Positions 54,681 through 62,996 of a DNA stretch of 64,000 nucleotides are shown here, piece by piece (positions within the stretch are counted from its first letter, which is position 1; the number at the start of each line of letters is the position of its first letter). The notes beneath the pieces were generated by a model that ran no database searches, was not told the DNA's origin, and saw nothing but the letters and a program-made list of their open reading frames with translations. Source of the stretch: Ilumatobacteraceae bacterium (lineage in GTDB: Bacteria > Actinomycetota > Acidimicrobiia > Acidimicrobiales > Ilumatobacteraceae); NCBI GenBank assembly GCA_963793335.1, contig CAWBZS010000012.1, positions 31,428-95,427 of the forward strand, read 5' to 3'. A program made the translations under genes and the position numbers.

Positions 54681-55704
54681 GGTCTCTGATGTAGCCGATC
54701 CCACGCCCGACCGCGCCCGTTCCATCGTCTCAGAGCTGGGTGTTTCCGAGAATGTTCGACTCTCGGAAGAACTCGTTTCCGAAGCGTTGGGGCTCATCGG
54801 CGACCAGCCTGACACGCTCGATCTGAAGATCGCCACTGCAGCCCTTGCAGAAATGCGCGATGCCTACGCGATGTTCGCTCCGTACAAGCACCGGCGCAAG
54901 GTGTCGATCTTCGGTTCGGCTCGCACCGGCGCTGACGATCCGCTCTACGACCTGACCCGCAAGATCGCCAGCCGCCTTGCCGAGCGCGGGTGGATGACCG
55001 TCACTGGCGCCGGCCCCGGCATCATGCAGGCAGGGATGGAAGGAGCCGGTCGAGAGCTGTCGATCGGTGTCTCGATCCGGCTGCCGTTCGAGAGCGGAGC
55101 GAACTCGATCATCGCCGGCGACGTGAAGCACGTGAGCATGAAGTACTTCTTCACTCGCAAGTTGATGTTGATCAAGGAGTCCCAGGGGTTCGTCTGCATG
55201 CCCGGTGGTTTCGGCACCCTCGACGAGATGTTCGAGTTGCTCACGCTCACCCAGACCGGCAAGGGCATGCCGGTTCCGATCGTGTTGCTCGACGCTCCGG
55301 GCGATCCGTTCTGGGAGGGCGTCGACACGTTCGTGCGACAACAGCTGATCGCCCGCGGCCTCGTGTCATCCAACGACGTCGATCTCTACACGATCACCAA
55401 CGACTGCGACGAGGCTGCACGAATCGTCGCGGGGTTCTACGCCAACTACGACTCGATCCGATTCGTCGGCGATCAGCTGGTCGTTCGCATGCAGCAGGGC
55501 CCCAGCGACCAACAGCTCGCAGCTCTGAACGACCGGTTCGGCCATCTGCTCGCCAACGGTCGTATCGAACGCGCCGAGCCATTCAAGGTGGAGCGTCGCG
55601 ACGACGACCTCCTCGACCTCGACCGGATCTCGTTCGCCTTCGCCAAACGCGGGTTCAGTGACCTGGTCGCGATGATCCGCGTGATCAACTCCTACGTCGA
55701 CTGA
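54679..55704 (+). CDS. LOG-family (TIGR00730-like) nucleotide phosphoribohydrolase, long form with a C-terminal extension
   Basis: RKVSIFGSARTG, VTGAGPGIMQAGMEGA and the PGGFGTLDEMFELLTL motif. An extension of about 120 aa follows the LOG core. The ATG at 54679 is the first in-frame ATG not buried in the antisense gene, so the start is uncertain. Confidence 0.7.
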   Translation: MVSDVADPTPDRARSIVSELGVSENVRLSEELVSEALGLIGDQPDTLDLKIATAALAEMRDAYAMFAPYKHRRKVSIFGSARTGADDPLYDLTRKIASRLAERGWMTVTGAGPGIMQAGMEGAGRELSIGVSIRLPFESGANSIIAGDVKHVSMKYFFTRKLMLIKESQGFVCMPGGFGTLDEMFELLTLTQTGKGMPVPIVLLDAPGDPFWEGVDTFVRQQLIARGLVSSNDVDLYTITNDCDEAARIVAGFYANYDSIRFVGDQLVVRMQQGPSDQQLAALNDRFGHLLANGRIERAEPFKVERRDDDLLDLDRISFAFAKRGFSDLVAMIRVINSYVD

Positions 55705-55781
55705 CAGGAGCCGTCGATGTACCTCGCGGCGACCGTGCACACACCTTCACGCAGAGCTGCGACACCTGCGAGCAGCGAGGT

Positions 55782-56087
55782 CTACAGGTCGAATCCGACC
55801 GCGGCGATCGGAGTGGCCATCTGCATCTGCGGCGGGGCCGCCATCAACGGCGCGAAATCGGCCATGGCTGCCCGCATCGCCTCGCTGCTCCCGTGCTGCT
55901 GCACGGATGCTTCGTCGGACATGAGCGCGAAGAACGAGAACGTGTCTCCCTCGCCCCGATGGTACGAGTAGATCTCCACGCCCGGTTCCTCGCGCGCGGC
56001 ATCGACCATTCGGGTCAGCACCGCCTCCATCGCATCGCCTGTGCCGTCCAGGCAGGTGATCGTGCCAATCATCGAGACTTTCGACAT
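55782..56087 (-). CDS. antibiotic-biosynthesis-monooxygenase (ABM/YgiN-like) domain protein
   Basis: 101 aa with a ferredoxin-like pattern IGTITCLDGTGDAMEAVLTRMVDAAREEPGVEIYSYHRGEGDTFSFFALMSDEASVQQH. Confidence 0.55.
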   Translation of the reverse strand: MSKVSMIGTITCLDGTGDAMEAVLTRMVDAAREEPGVEIYSYHRGEGDTFSFFALMSDEASVQQHGSSEAMRAAMADFAPLMAAPPQMQMATPIAAVGFDL

Positions 56088-56098
56088 CGCGGTACCCC

Positions 56099-56293
56099 TC
56101 AGTGGTCGTCGAGTTGACGGAGCGTAGCCGCCGCCTTCTCGATGGCGCGACGGGCCTGCATCAGACGCTTGTCGTCGGCCGGCCGCGTGACGTCGCCGTC
56201 GGCGACCGCCTCGCGCAACCGATCGAACGCAAGATCATCGAGGTCGGCGGCGATCGTCTCGAGGCGCTCGACGAAGCTGCTGTACTCCCCCAT
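56099..56293 (-). CDS. hypothetical small helical protein (64 aa)
   Basis: The ATG at 56291-56293 begins MGEYSSFVERLETIAADLDDL... It lies 11 nt upstream of the ABM gene. No family was recognised. Confidence 0.35.
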   Translation of the reverse strand: MGEYSSFVERLETIAADLDDLAFDRLREAVADGDVTRPADDKRLMQARRAIEKAAATLRQLDDH

Positions 56294-56378
56294 CAGCGAC
56301 GGCTCCGATGGATGAGACGCAGACGTTGGTCGCTCGATGTGGCGTTCATGGGTTCTCCATCGTACGTTCTCGCTGGTC

Positions 56379-57197
56379 ATGCCCGAAGGCCACACCATCC
56401 ACCGAATCGCCCGAGATCACGGCAAGCTGCTCGCTGGGCGAACGATCCGTGTGTCGAGCCCGCAAGGCCGATTCACCGCCGACGCCGAACGGGTCGATGG
56501 TGCGACACTTGATCGCATCGAGCCGTACGGCAAACACCTCTTCTACCGATGGTCCACCGGTGAGGTCGGCCACGTCCACCTGGGCCTGTTCGGGAAGTAC
56601 CGGGTGCAGCGAACGGACGACTCACCGGAGCCGATCGGGCAGGTTCGCATGCGTCTGCAGACCGAGCCCGACGACGATCACGACCGCTACGTGACCGTCG
56701 ACCTCTCGGGGCCCACTGCCTGTTCGATCGACCCACCGTCGGCGCGGCGAGAGATCCTCGATCGCCTCGGACCCGACCCGATCCGGCGAGGATCGAAGCC
56801 TGACGCGATGATCGAACGGGTGTCGCGCAGCGCTCGTGGCATCGGCGACCTCCTGATGGATCAGTCAGTGATCGCAGGCGTGGGCAACGTCTACCGTGCC
56901 GAGGCACTGTTCGTCGTCGGCATGCACCCGCTGCGAGCCGGCCGCGACTGCGACCGCACCGAACTGGAAGCCCTCTGGTCGACCGCGCAGGGCATGCTCC
57001 GCCAGGGGGTCAAGGACGGTCGCATCGTCACGGTGCGCCGCGATGATCTGGGCATTGCGCCGAACGTGCGCATCCCGCGCGGCGAGGCGACCTACGCCTA
57101 CAAGCGCGATCGTTGCTTGCTGTGCGGCGACGAGATCCAGATCATCGACATCGCCAACCGGCGCTGCTACTTCTGCCCGACGCATCAGCCGCGGTGA
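56379..57197 (+). CDS. nei: Fpg/Nei-family DNA glycosylase (endonuclease VIII-like)
   Basis: The N-terminus MPEGHTIHR has the catalytic Pro2/Glu3. The H2TH region is LMDQSVIAGVGNVYRAEALF, and the C-terminal zinc finger is CLLCG...CYFCPTHQ. Confidence 0.85.
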   Translation: MPEGHTIHRIARDHGKLLAGRTIRVSSPQGRFTADAERVDGATLDRIEPYGKHLFYRWSTGEVGHVHLGLFGKYRVQRTDDSPEPIGQVRMRLQTEPDDDHDRYVTVDLSGPTACSIDPPSARREILDRLGPDPIRRGSKPDAMIERVSRSARGIGDLLMDQSVIAGVGNVYRAEALFVVGMHPLRAGRDCDRTELEALWSTAQGMLRQGVKDGRIVTVRRDDLGIAPNVRIPRGEATYAYKRDRCLLCGDEIQIIDIANRRCYFCPTHQPR

Positions 57198-57233
57198 CTC
57201 ACCTGACTCGATCAGCAGCCGGACGAACTGCCC

Positions 57234-59750
57234 TCAGGTCGTGACGACCGGCGCGGTCGTGGGCGGGGTTGGCTCCTCGACCGCTTGGAGCGCGAGGTCG
57301 AACGCAGCGGAGGCCTCAGCGGTCCACCCACCTCTCACCGTCACCGCGGCATCAGGCTTGGGGACGATTCTCACCGGCGGTCGAGTGGCGCCGGCCTTCG
57401 ACCAGTCGTCGAGGCGCGTGATCGCATCTGCTGGAGCACCAGGTGACACCCAGATCTCTTCGACGTCGACCTCCCAGTCGACCCCTCCGTGAATCTGGAT
57501 CTCGAACGGGAGGTCGAGGATCGTGGCTTGCTTCGTGTCGAGAATCGTGTTGACGATGTGCTTTGCGTTGTTGGGTGCCTTCGTGTCCTTCAACTCGGTG
57601 ATGTCGGAGCGGTAGGTGTCTGTCGTACCAACGACGAAGTCGACGAAGGCGAGGAAGGGGTCACGATGAGGGTGTCCGTGATCCCCAGCGGTGTACACGA
57701 TCCGGTCCCTGACCTTGGCGTGGAGGAGCTTGAGGTGCATGTCGCCGTAGTAGTTGATGCCGACCCTCTGGTCGTCGGTGAGGGCGCTGAGCCTGGCCCA
57801 TTCAGCGGTCAACGAGTGGAGGAGTTGGTCCTCCTCGGCAGTGCGATCCGTCTTCTTTCCCAGATCATCGATGGCACCCGGCTTGGGCGCGGTACCCGTG
57901 CCCTTCGTCTGATCCCAGTAGATGTTCGCCGCGCCGAAGACCGGGAGCTCATCGTCGGCGAACCCGAGATTGCCGGTCATCAAACGATCCTTCCACTTAC
58001 GGAACTGGGTGTACCGCTCGCCGCGTTGCTTCTGGAAGATCGGATCCTCGTACTTGCCGACAGGCGCAAGCGTTTCCGTCGGCAACGCCGCCTTGGCCTT
58101 CGTGTGCTTCTTGCCGATCACGCCTGCGGAAGCGTGCGAGGTGGTCTGGCCCGCACGGCTCACGTCGCTGGTGGAGAACGCGCTCCCGTCACGCTGATTC
58201 GCCGTGCGGCGCCCCGCCCAGTGCGTGACCGTGAGGGGGATGTCGCTCAGACCGCTCTTGAGCTTGGCGATCAGCGTGTCAGCTTGGCCCGACGACAACT
58301 TCCAGTCGGCAGTCAACGTCTGCTTCAACGCCGCAGTGCGATCGAGCTGGATCGCATCATCGGCGGCTTGGACCTCGGCGAGGTATCTGGTGCGACGTTC
58401 TTGTGCGTTTGCCGGCGGCTGGTACGCGAGGGGCCCCGCTGCCGCCTTGTCGACCGTGGCCTTGAGTTCCGCCAGCTTCGCCGCCGAGTCGGCGCTGAAT
58501 TCCAACCCCTTGCCGTCGGCCCGCTTGGGCATGGTGTCTCCGGCAGCGACGTCGCCGAAGAGCTTCGCGATGTAGCCCCTCGACCGCTCTCCGGAGGACT
58601 CCTTGGGATTGAACGAGAGTTGCGTGGCTTCCTGTTCCTTCACGTCGTTCATCGTGTACGAGGCGAGCTCCGATTGGAACCGCCGGACCAGGAGGTCGAA
58701 CATCTCCGCCTCACTCCTGCCCGCACGAATCGCCATCGCCTGCACTTCGAGCGCAGCTTCCTCGAGTCGCATCTCCCGGTGCATGTAGAGACTCACGGGA
58801 TCCCCGCCGGCGATGGCCTGGGCAACCTGCGCCACCGCTGCTGGGTTGCCGCCCGACTTGGTGACCTTCTTCTTGATCGCAGCCTCGATCTTCGCGCCGT
58901 ACACCGTGAAGAGTTGATCGGCGATCTTGGACTTGAGCATCGGGTCGTACAACTCGCTTGCGATCACACTGGCAACACCGTCCATGGCGAGCGCCAGAGC
59001 GAGCGAATCGGCGTCGGCGTCGCCGGCGAACATCTGCTCGTGCTGCTGCAGGATCGCCGCGACCCTCGCACGCATCCTCTCTGGTTGGGCGGCGCGGGCC
59101 TGGACGTGCGTGGATGCCCTGAGCTTGTCCTTGAGGTAGACACTCGATTCGAGTGCGGACAGCACGGCCTTGGGGTCGAGTATCCGACGAGCAACGGCAC
59201 CATCGGCTCCCTGGACGACATGGGCGAGCTCGTGGCTCATCAGACGAAGGCCGGCATCGCCTGACGTGGGCTCGCCCGAAGCGACATGGATGTCGTTGCC
59301 GATCGTGAAGGCACGAGCGGCGAGTCGCGGCGCTGCGGCACTGTCTCGATGCACTCGAACCGATGACAAGTCGGTTCCGAAGGCCGGCTCGAACTGTCGT
59401 CGCTGTCTGTCCCCGAGTGGAACCCCGTTCGAGCGTCGGATGTCAGCGGCGATGTCGGCGGGGACCGTTCCACCGTCTGCACCGACAACGGCCCGGTGGT
59501 CATGGCTCCGAACGACTCGAGACGTCGAGGACGGATCCGTCGATCCAGAGGCACCAGGTGTGGTTGCGGCTCGGCGGATACGGGTGGCTTCGAGCGCGGT
59601 GGGCAGCGCCGGGGGGTTCGCCGTCACCTGGAGCGCACGTCGCACGACATCATCGGCCTGGACGACGGCTGCGGCGGGGCCTGCGTCGACGGGGCCCAAC
59701 GGTGCGTCGCGTTCTCGGCCGTCGCTGAGGATCCGGTCGGCGTGATCCAT
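57234..59750 (-). CDS. large DUF4157 (HExxH) domain protein, polymorphic-toxin/eCIS-cargo-like, with an uncharacterised C-terminal domain
   Basis: Residues about 105-185 read GVPLGDRQRRQFEPAFGTDLSSVRVHRDSAAAPRLAARAFTIGNDIHVASGEP...GLRLMSHELAHVVQG, which matches the DUF4157 consensus nearly residue for residue. A helical middle of about 370 aa follows, then a C-terminal domain of about 250 aa. Confidence 0.75.
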   Translation of the reverse strand: MDHADRILSDGRERDAPLGPVDAGPAAAVVQADDVVRRALQVTANPPALPTALEATRIRRAATTPGASGSTDPSSTSRVVRSHDHRAVVGADGGTVPADIAADIRRSNGVPLGDRQRRQFEPAFGTDLSSVRVHRDSAAAPRLAARAFTIGNDIHVASGEPTSGDAGLRLMSHELAHVVQGADGAVARRILDPKAVLSALESSVYLKDKLRASTHVQARAAQPERMRARVAAILQQHEQMFAGDADADSLALALAMDGVASVIASELYDPMLKSKIADQLFTVYGAKIEAAIKKKVTKSGGNPAAVAQVAQAIAGGDPVSLYMHREMRLEEAALEVQAMAIRAGRSEAEMFDLLVRRFQSELASYTMNDVKEQEATQLSFNPKESSGERSRGYIAKLFGDVAAGDTMPKRADGKGLEFSADSAAKLAELKATVDKAAAGPLAYQPPANAQERRTRYLAEVQAADDAIQLDRTAALKQTLTADWKLSSGQADTLIAKLKSGLSDIPLTVTHWAGRRTANQRDGSAFSTSDVSRAGQTTSHASAGVIGKKHTKAKAALPTETLAPVGKYEDPIFQKQRGERYTQFRKWKDRLMTGNLGFADDELPVFGAANIYWDQTKGTGTAPKPGAIDDLGKKTDRTAEEDQLLHSLTAEWARLSALTDDQRVGINYYGDMHLKLLHAKVRDRIVYTAGDHGHPHRDPFLAFVDFVVGTTDTYRSDITELKDTKAPNNAKHIVNTILDTKQATILDLPFEIQIHGGVDWEVDVEEIWVSPGAPADAITRLDDWSKAGATRPPVRIVPKPDAAVTVRGGWTAEASAAFDLALQAVEEPTPPTTAPVVTT

Positions 59751-59835
59751 CGATCGAAACTACCAGTCGTCCACGCACACGTCGGCGGTCACCCGCTCCG
59801 CCGGCGCGAGCGGCATCACCGCCTACGCTGAGACG

Positions 59836-61224
59836 ATGACTGCTGTCGAGCGCATCCCCGAGATCGTCAACGAACTCCGAGGCGGGTATCGCTCCGGCGT
59901 GCTCCGCGAGGTCGAGTCACGCAAGGCCCAGCTGCGCCAGCTGCGAGCGCTGGTGACCGAGCAGCAGGAGCGCCTGATCGACGCACTCGCCACCGACGTC
60001 GGCAAACCGCGCATCGAGGCCTACACCACCGAGATCGCCTTCACGATCAACGAGATCGACCACACGCTGAAACATCTCGAGGCCTGGAGCAAGCCGGCCA
60101 AGGTGAAGGTTCCGCTGACGTTCAAGCCCGGCAAAGCGGTGTTGCGACCCGAGCCGCTCGGCACGGTGTGCATCATCGCCCCGTGGAACTACCCGGTCCA
60201 GCTGCTGTTCGCTCCCCTGGTGCCAGCGCTTGCTGCGGGCAACACTGCGGTACTCAAGCCGTCGGAGGTGACCCCGACGGTGGCACGACTCATCGCCGAA
60301 CTCGTGCCGAGCTACTTCGACAGCTCGATCGTCGCGGTCGTGACCGGAGCCGTCGATGAGACCACTGCGCTGCTCGAGGAACGTTTCGACCACATCTTCT
60401 ACACCGGAAACGGCAAGGTCGGCCGGATCGTCATGCGTGCCGCCGCCGAGCACCTCACGCCGGTCACCCTCGAACTCGGGGGCAAGAGTCCAGCGATCGT
60501 CGCTGCAGACGCCGACATCGAGGTGGCCGCCACTCGCATCGCCTGGGCCAAGTTCCTCAACGCCGGGCAGACCTGCGTTGCGCCCGACTACCTCCTCGTC
60601 GAAGCATCCGTCGAAGACGAACTGCTGGCGGCGTTGGCCGCCGCGATCACCACGTTCTACGGCCCCAATCCCCGCGAGTCCGGCGACTATGCCCGGATCG
60701 TCAACGAGCACCACCACGACCGGCTCACCACGTTGCTCGCCGCTGGGGGGTTCGATGCAACCGTCACCGGCGGCGACGGCGAGCGAGCGAGCCGCTACCT
60801 GGCGCCCACCGTGCTGGCCGGGGTCAAACCGGATGCGGCGGTGATGGACGACGAGATCTTCGGTCCGATTCTGCCCGTGCTCGTCGTCGACGACGTCGAC
60901 GACGCGATCAGATTCGTCAACGATCGTGAGAAGCCGCTGGCGCTCTACGCATTCAGCGGCTCGGACGACACGCTCGACCACGTCGTCGCCAGCACCTCAG
61001 CGGGCGGGGTGACCCTGAACCATGCGGTGCTCCACCTCGCCGTGCCGGACCTGCCGTTCGGGGGCGTCGGTGGGAGCGGGATGGGGGCGTATCACGGCAA
61101 GGCCGGCTTCGACACGTTCAGTCACCGCAAAGCCGTCCTGGCCAAGCCGACCAAGCCGGACCCCTCGCTGATGTACCCGCCGTACACGGGGTTCAAGCAG
61201 AAGGTCCTGCGCAAGTTCATGTGA
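59836..61224 (+). CDS. NAD(P)-dependent aldehyde dehydrogenase (class 3 / fatty aldehyde type)
   Basis: LELGGKSP (catalytic Glu) and NAGQTCVAPDY (catalytic Cys). The 462-aa length lacks an N-terminal extension, which is typical of ALDH3-like enzymes. Confidence 0.9.
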   Translation: MTAVERIPEIVNELRGGYRSGVLREVESRKAQLRQLRALVTEQQERLIDALATDVGKPRIEAYTTEIAFTINEIDHTLKHLEAWSKPAKVKVPLTFKPGKAVLRPEPLGTVCIIAPWNYPVQLLFAPLVPALAAGNTAVLKPSEVTPTVARLIAELVPSYFDSSIVAVVTGAVDETTALLEERFDHIFYTGNGKVGRIVMRAAAEHLTPVTLELGGKSPAIVAADADIEVAATRIAWAKFLNAGQTCVAPDYLLVEASVEDELLAALAAAITTFYGPNPRESGDYARIVNEHHHDRLTTLLAAGGFDATVTGGDGERASRYLAPTVLAGVKPDAAVMDDEIFGPILPVLVVDDVDDAIRFVNDREKPLALYAFSGSDDTLDHVVASTSAGGVTLNHAVLHLAVPDLPFGGVGGSGMGAYHGKAGFDTFSHRKAVLAKPTKPDPSLMYPPYTGFKQKVLRKFM

Positions 61225-61253
61225 GCCCGGACGTGCGCGCTCGCGCACGTCCT

Positions 61254-62171
61254 TCACTGCGCACGCCACGTCGGGGCATCGACCTCGCCACGCCAGTACC
61301 GAAGCCGCCGTTGCGCCTCCTCGCGAGCGCCCGGTTCGTCGACCGCCACGATCACCCGCATGAGCGTTGCCGCGACCAGTCGCAACTCGGCGAATGCAAC
61401 GGTCGACGGATCGTGGATCAGTGTCTGCCCGTAGCCGGCAGCGAATGCGTCGTACACCCCTGCCGGGCCGCCCCACCGTTCGTGCAGCGTGAGCAGCGGG
61501 CCATGGTCCCAGCCGGGTGGAGCAAGACAGAGCAGATCCCAGTCGAGCAACACCGGTCCGCCGGCCGCCATGATCACGTTGCCCGGATGCACGTCGCCGT
61601 GGCACGCGACAACGTCGGTGAAATCCTCCCACCCCCGGTGGCGTTCGATCGCCGCCCGAAGGCCTTCGTCGGCCTGCTGATCCAACGATGGGGCCGCGCG
61701 TTCCAGCAGCGTGTCGAAGTGCCACCAGGGCAGCGCCGATGGTCGCGGCACCGGAACGGCTCGTGGCAGATCGGCCGGGTCGATACGGTGCAATCGACGC
61801 ACGAGGGCTCCGAGCGCCGACCAGTCGACGAGCGTGGCCTGCCGACTCAGGCCAGCGACGGGTTCGATCCGCTCCCATGCGGTGACACTCAACTCGCCAC
61901 ATGTGACCACGTCGCTCCGCTCGGGCAACGGCACGGCGACGCCGCGGTCGTGCAGGAACTCGGCCAATTCGATCGATGCACTCGCAGGCACCGTCGGAGA
62001 CCCGACTCGCAACACCACATCATCGACGGCGTAGATGGCGTTCATCCCCACCCGGACGAGGCGCGGCGTGCCCATCCCCCAGTGCCGAGACGCAACATCG
62101 GCGGCGCGTGCTGCAGCATCGACATCGCTGACGCGAGTGTCGACGTAGGCGCGCTGGGCATCGAGGCCCAT
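61254..62171 (-). CDS. aminoglycoside-phosphotransferase-fold (APH/choline kinase family) kinase
   Basis: VACHGDVHPGNVIM (catalytic loop) and LLDWDLL (metal-binding D). Confidence 0.7.
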   Translation of the reverse strand: MGLDAQRAYVDTRVSDVDAAARAADVASRHWGMGTPRLVRVGMNAIYAVDDVVLRVGSPTVPASASIELAEFLHDRGVAVPLPERSDVVTCGELSVTAWERIEPVAGLSRQATLVDWSALGALVRRLHRIDPADLPRAVPVPRPSALPWWHFDTLLERAAPSLDQQADEGLRAAIERHRGWEDFTDVVACHGDVHPGNVIMAAGGPVLLDWDLLCLAPPGWDHGPLLTLHERWGGPAGVYDAFAAGYGQTLIHDPSTVAFAELRLVAATLMRVIVAVDEPGAREEAQRRLRYWRGEVDAPTWRAQ

Positions 62172-62181
62172 GCTCAGGCGA

Positions 62182-62532
62182 TCATCCCGGTGCCCGGTGC
62201 TCCTTGTGACGCATCACGATCACCCGAGCGCTCTCGACCGGGACTCCGTCGACGTACACCTGGTCGTTCGGATCGACATGCTCGTCGAGCGACACGAGGC
62301 GCCCATCTCGGCGTGCCTTGAGTTCGTCCTCGGTGTGCCTCATCACCTGGCGCCCCTCGCGGACCGCATCCGCAACGTGACGGGTCGTCGATCGCATCGT
62401 GCTCGCGGCCGACCGCGCCATCTGTGACGGGGCGATCTGCGATGCCGTCTCCTTGACCTTCTTCTTGGCGTATCCCGCCGAGGCGACACCCGCGACGACC
62501 CCGCCAGCGAACCACGTCACACGCTTCATCAT
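62182..62532 (-). CDS. hypothetical protein with an N-terminal hydrophobic segment (116 aa)
   Basis: MMKRVTWFAGGVVAGVASAGYAKKK... It overlaps the upstream gene by 4 nt. Confidence 0.4.
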   Translation of the reverse strand: MMKRVTWFAGGVVAGVASAGYAKKKVKETASQIAPSQMARSAASTMRSTTRHVADAVREGRQVMRHTEDELKARRDGRLVSLDEHVDPNDQVYVDGVPVESARVIVMRHKEHRAPG

Positions 62533-62996
62533 GCTCGTTTCCTCCTCCTCTGGGCGGCAGACGCGTCGATCGCCGGCGTCACGTCGTTGATCGTCCCGAT
62601 CGCTCTCGGACCGATCGCCGTGCTGCGCGGCGCGCCACGCAGACGCGACAACGTTCGCGACGTCCCGCGGGCGAACCCCGCCGCCTTGATCATCGGTGAC
62701 GAGAACGAGGTGCGTGCCACGCGTCCCCCGACGGCGTCACCGATCGCTTCGGCGGACCCGAGGACACGATCGAAGCGCTCGAGGTCCGCTCGGGCCTCAT
62801 CGACCGCTGCGCGGGCCTCGTCGGTGGTCACGAGCAACTCGCGCATCAGCGGAGTGGTCTCGGCGCGCAACTGATCGACCTCCGCGCGCACAGCGCGCAG
62901 CGTGTCGAGCACGCGCACCAGCACGACGACCAGGGCTGCGAACCCAATCGCGCACAGCACCGCGGCGACGACGAGCACGAGCTCGCCTGCGGTCAT
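62529..62996 (-). CDS. DUF948-like membrane-anchored coiled-coil protein
   Basis: N-terminal TM LVLVVAAVLCAIGFAALVVVLV followed by LDTLRAVRAEVDQLRAETTPLMRELLVTTDEARAAVDEARADLERFDRV, matching the DUF948 layout as I recall it. Confidence 0.5.
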   Translation of the reverse strand: MTAGELVLVVAAVLCAIGFAALVVVLVRVLDTLRAVRAEVDQLRAETTPLMRELLVTTDEARAAVDEARADLERFDRVLGSAEAIGDAVGGRVARTSFSSPMIKAAGFARGTSRTLSRLRGAPRSTAIGPRAIGTINDVTPAIDASAAQRRRKRA

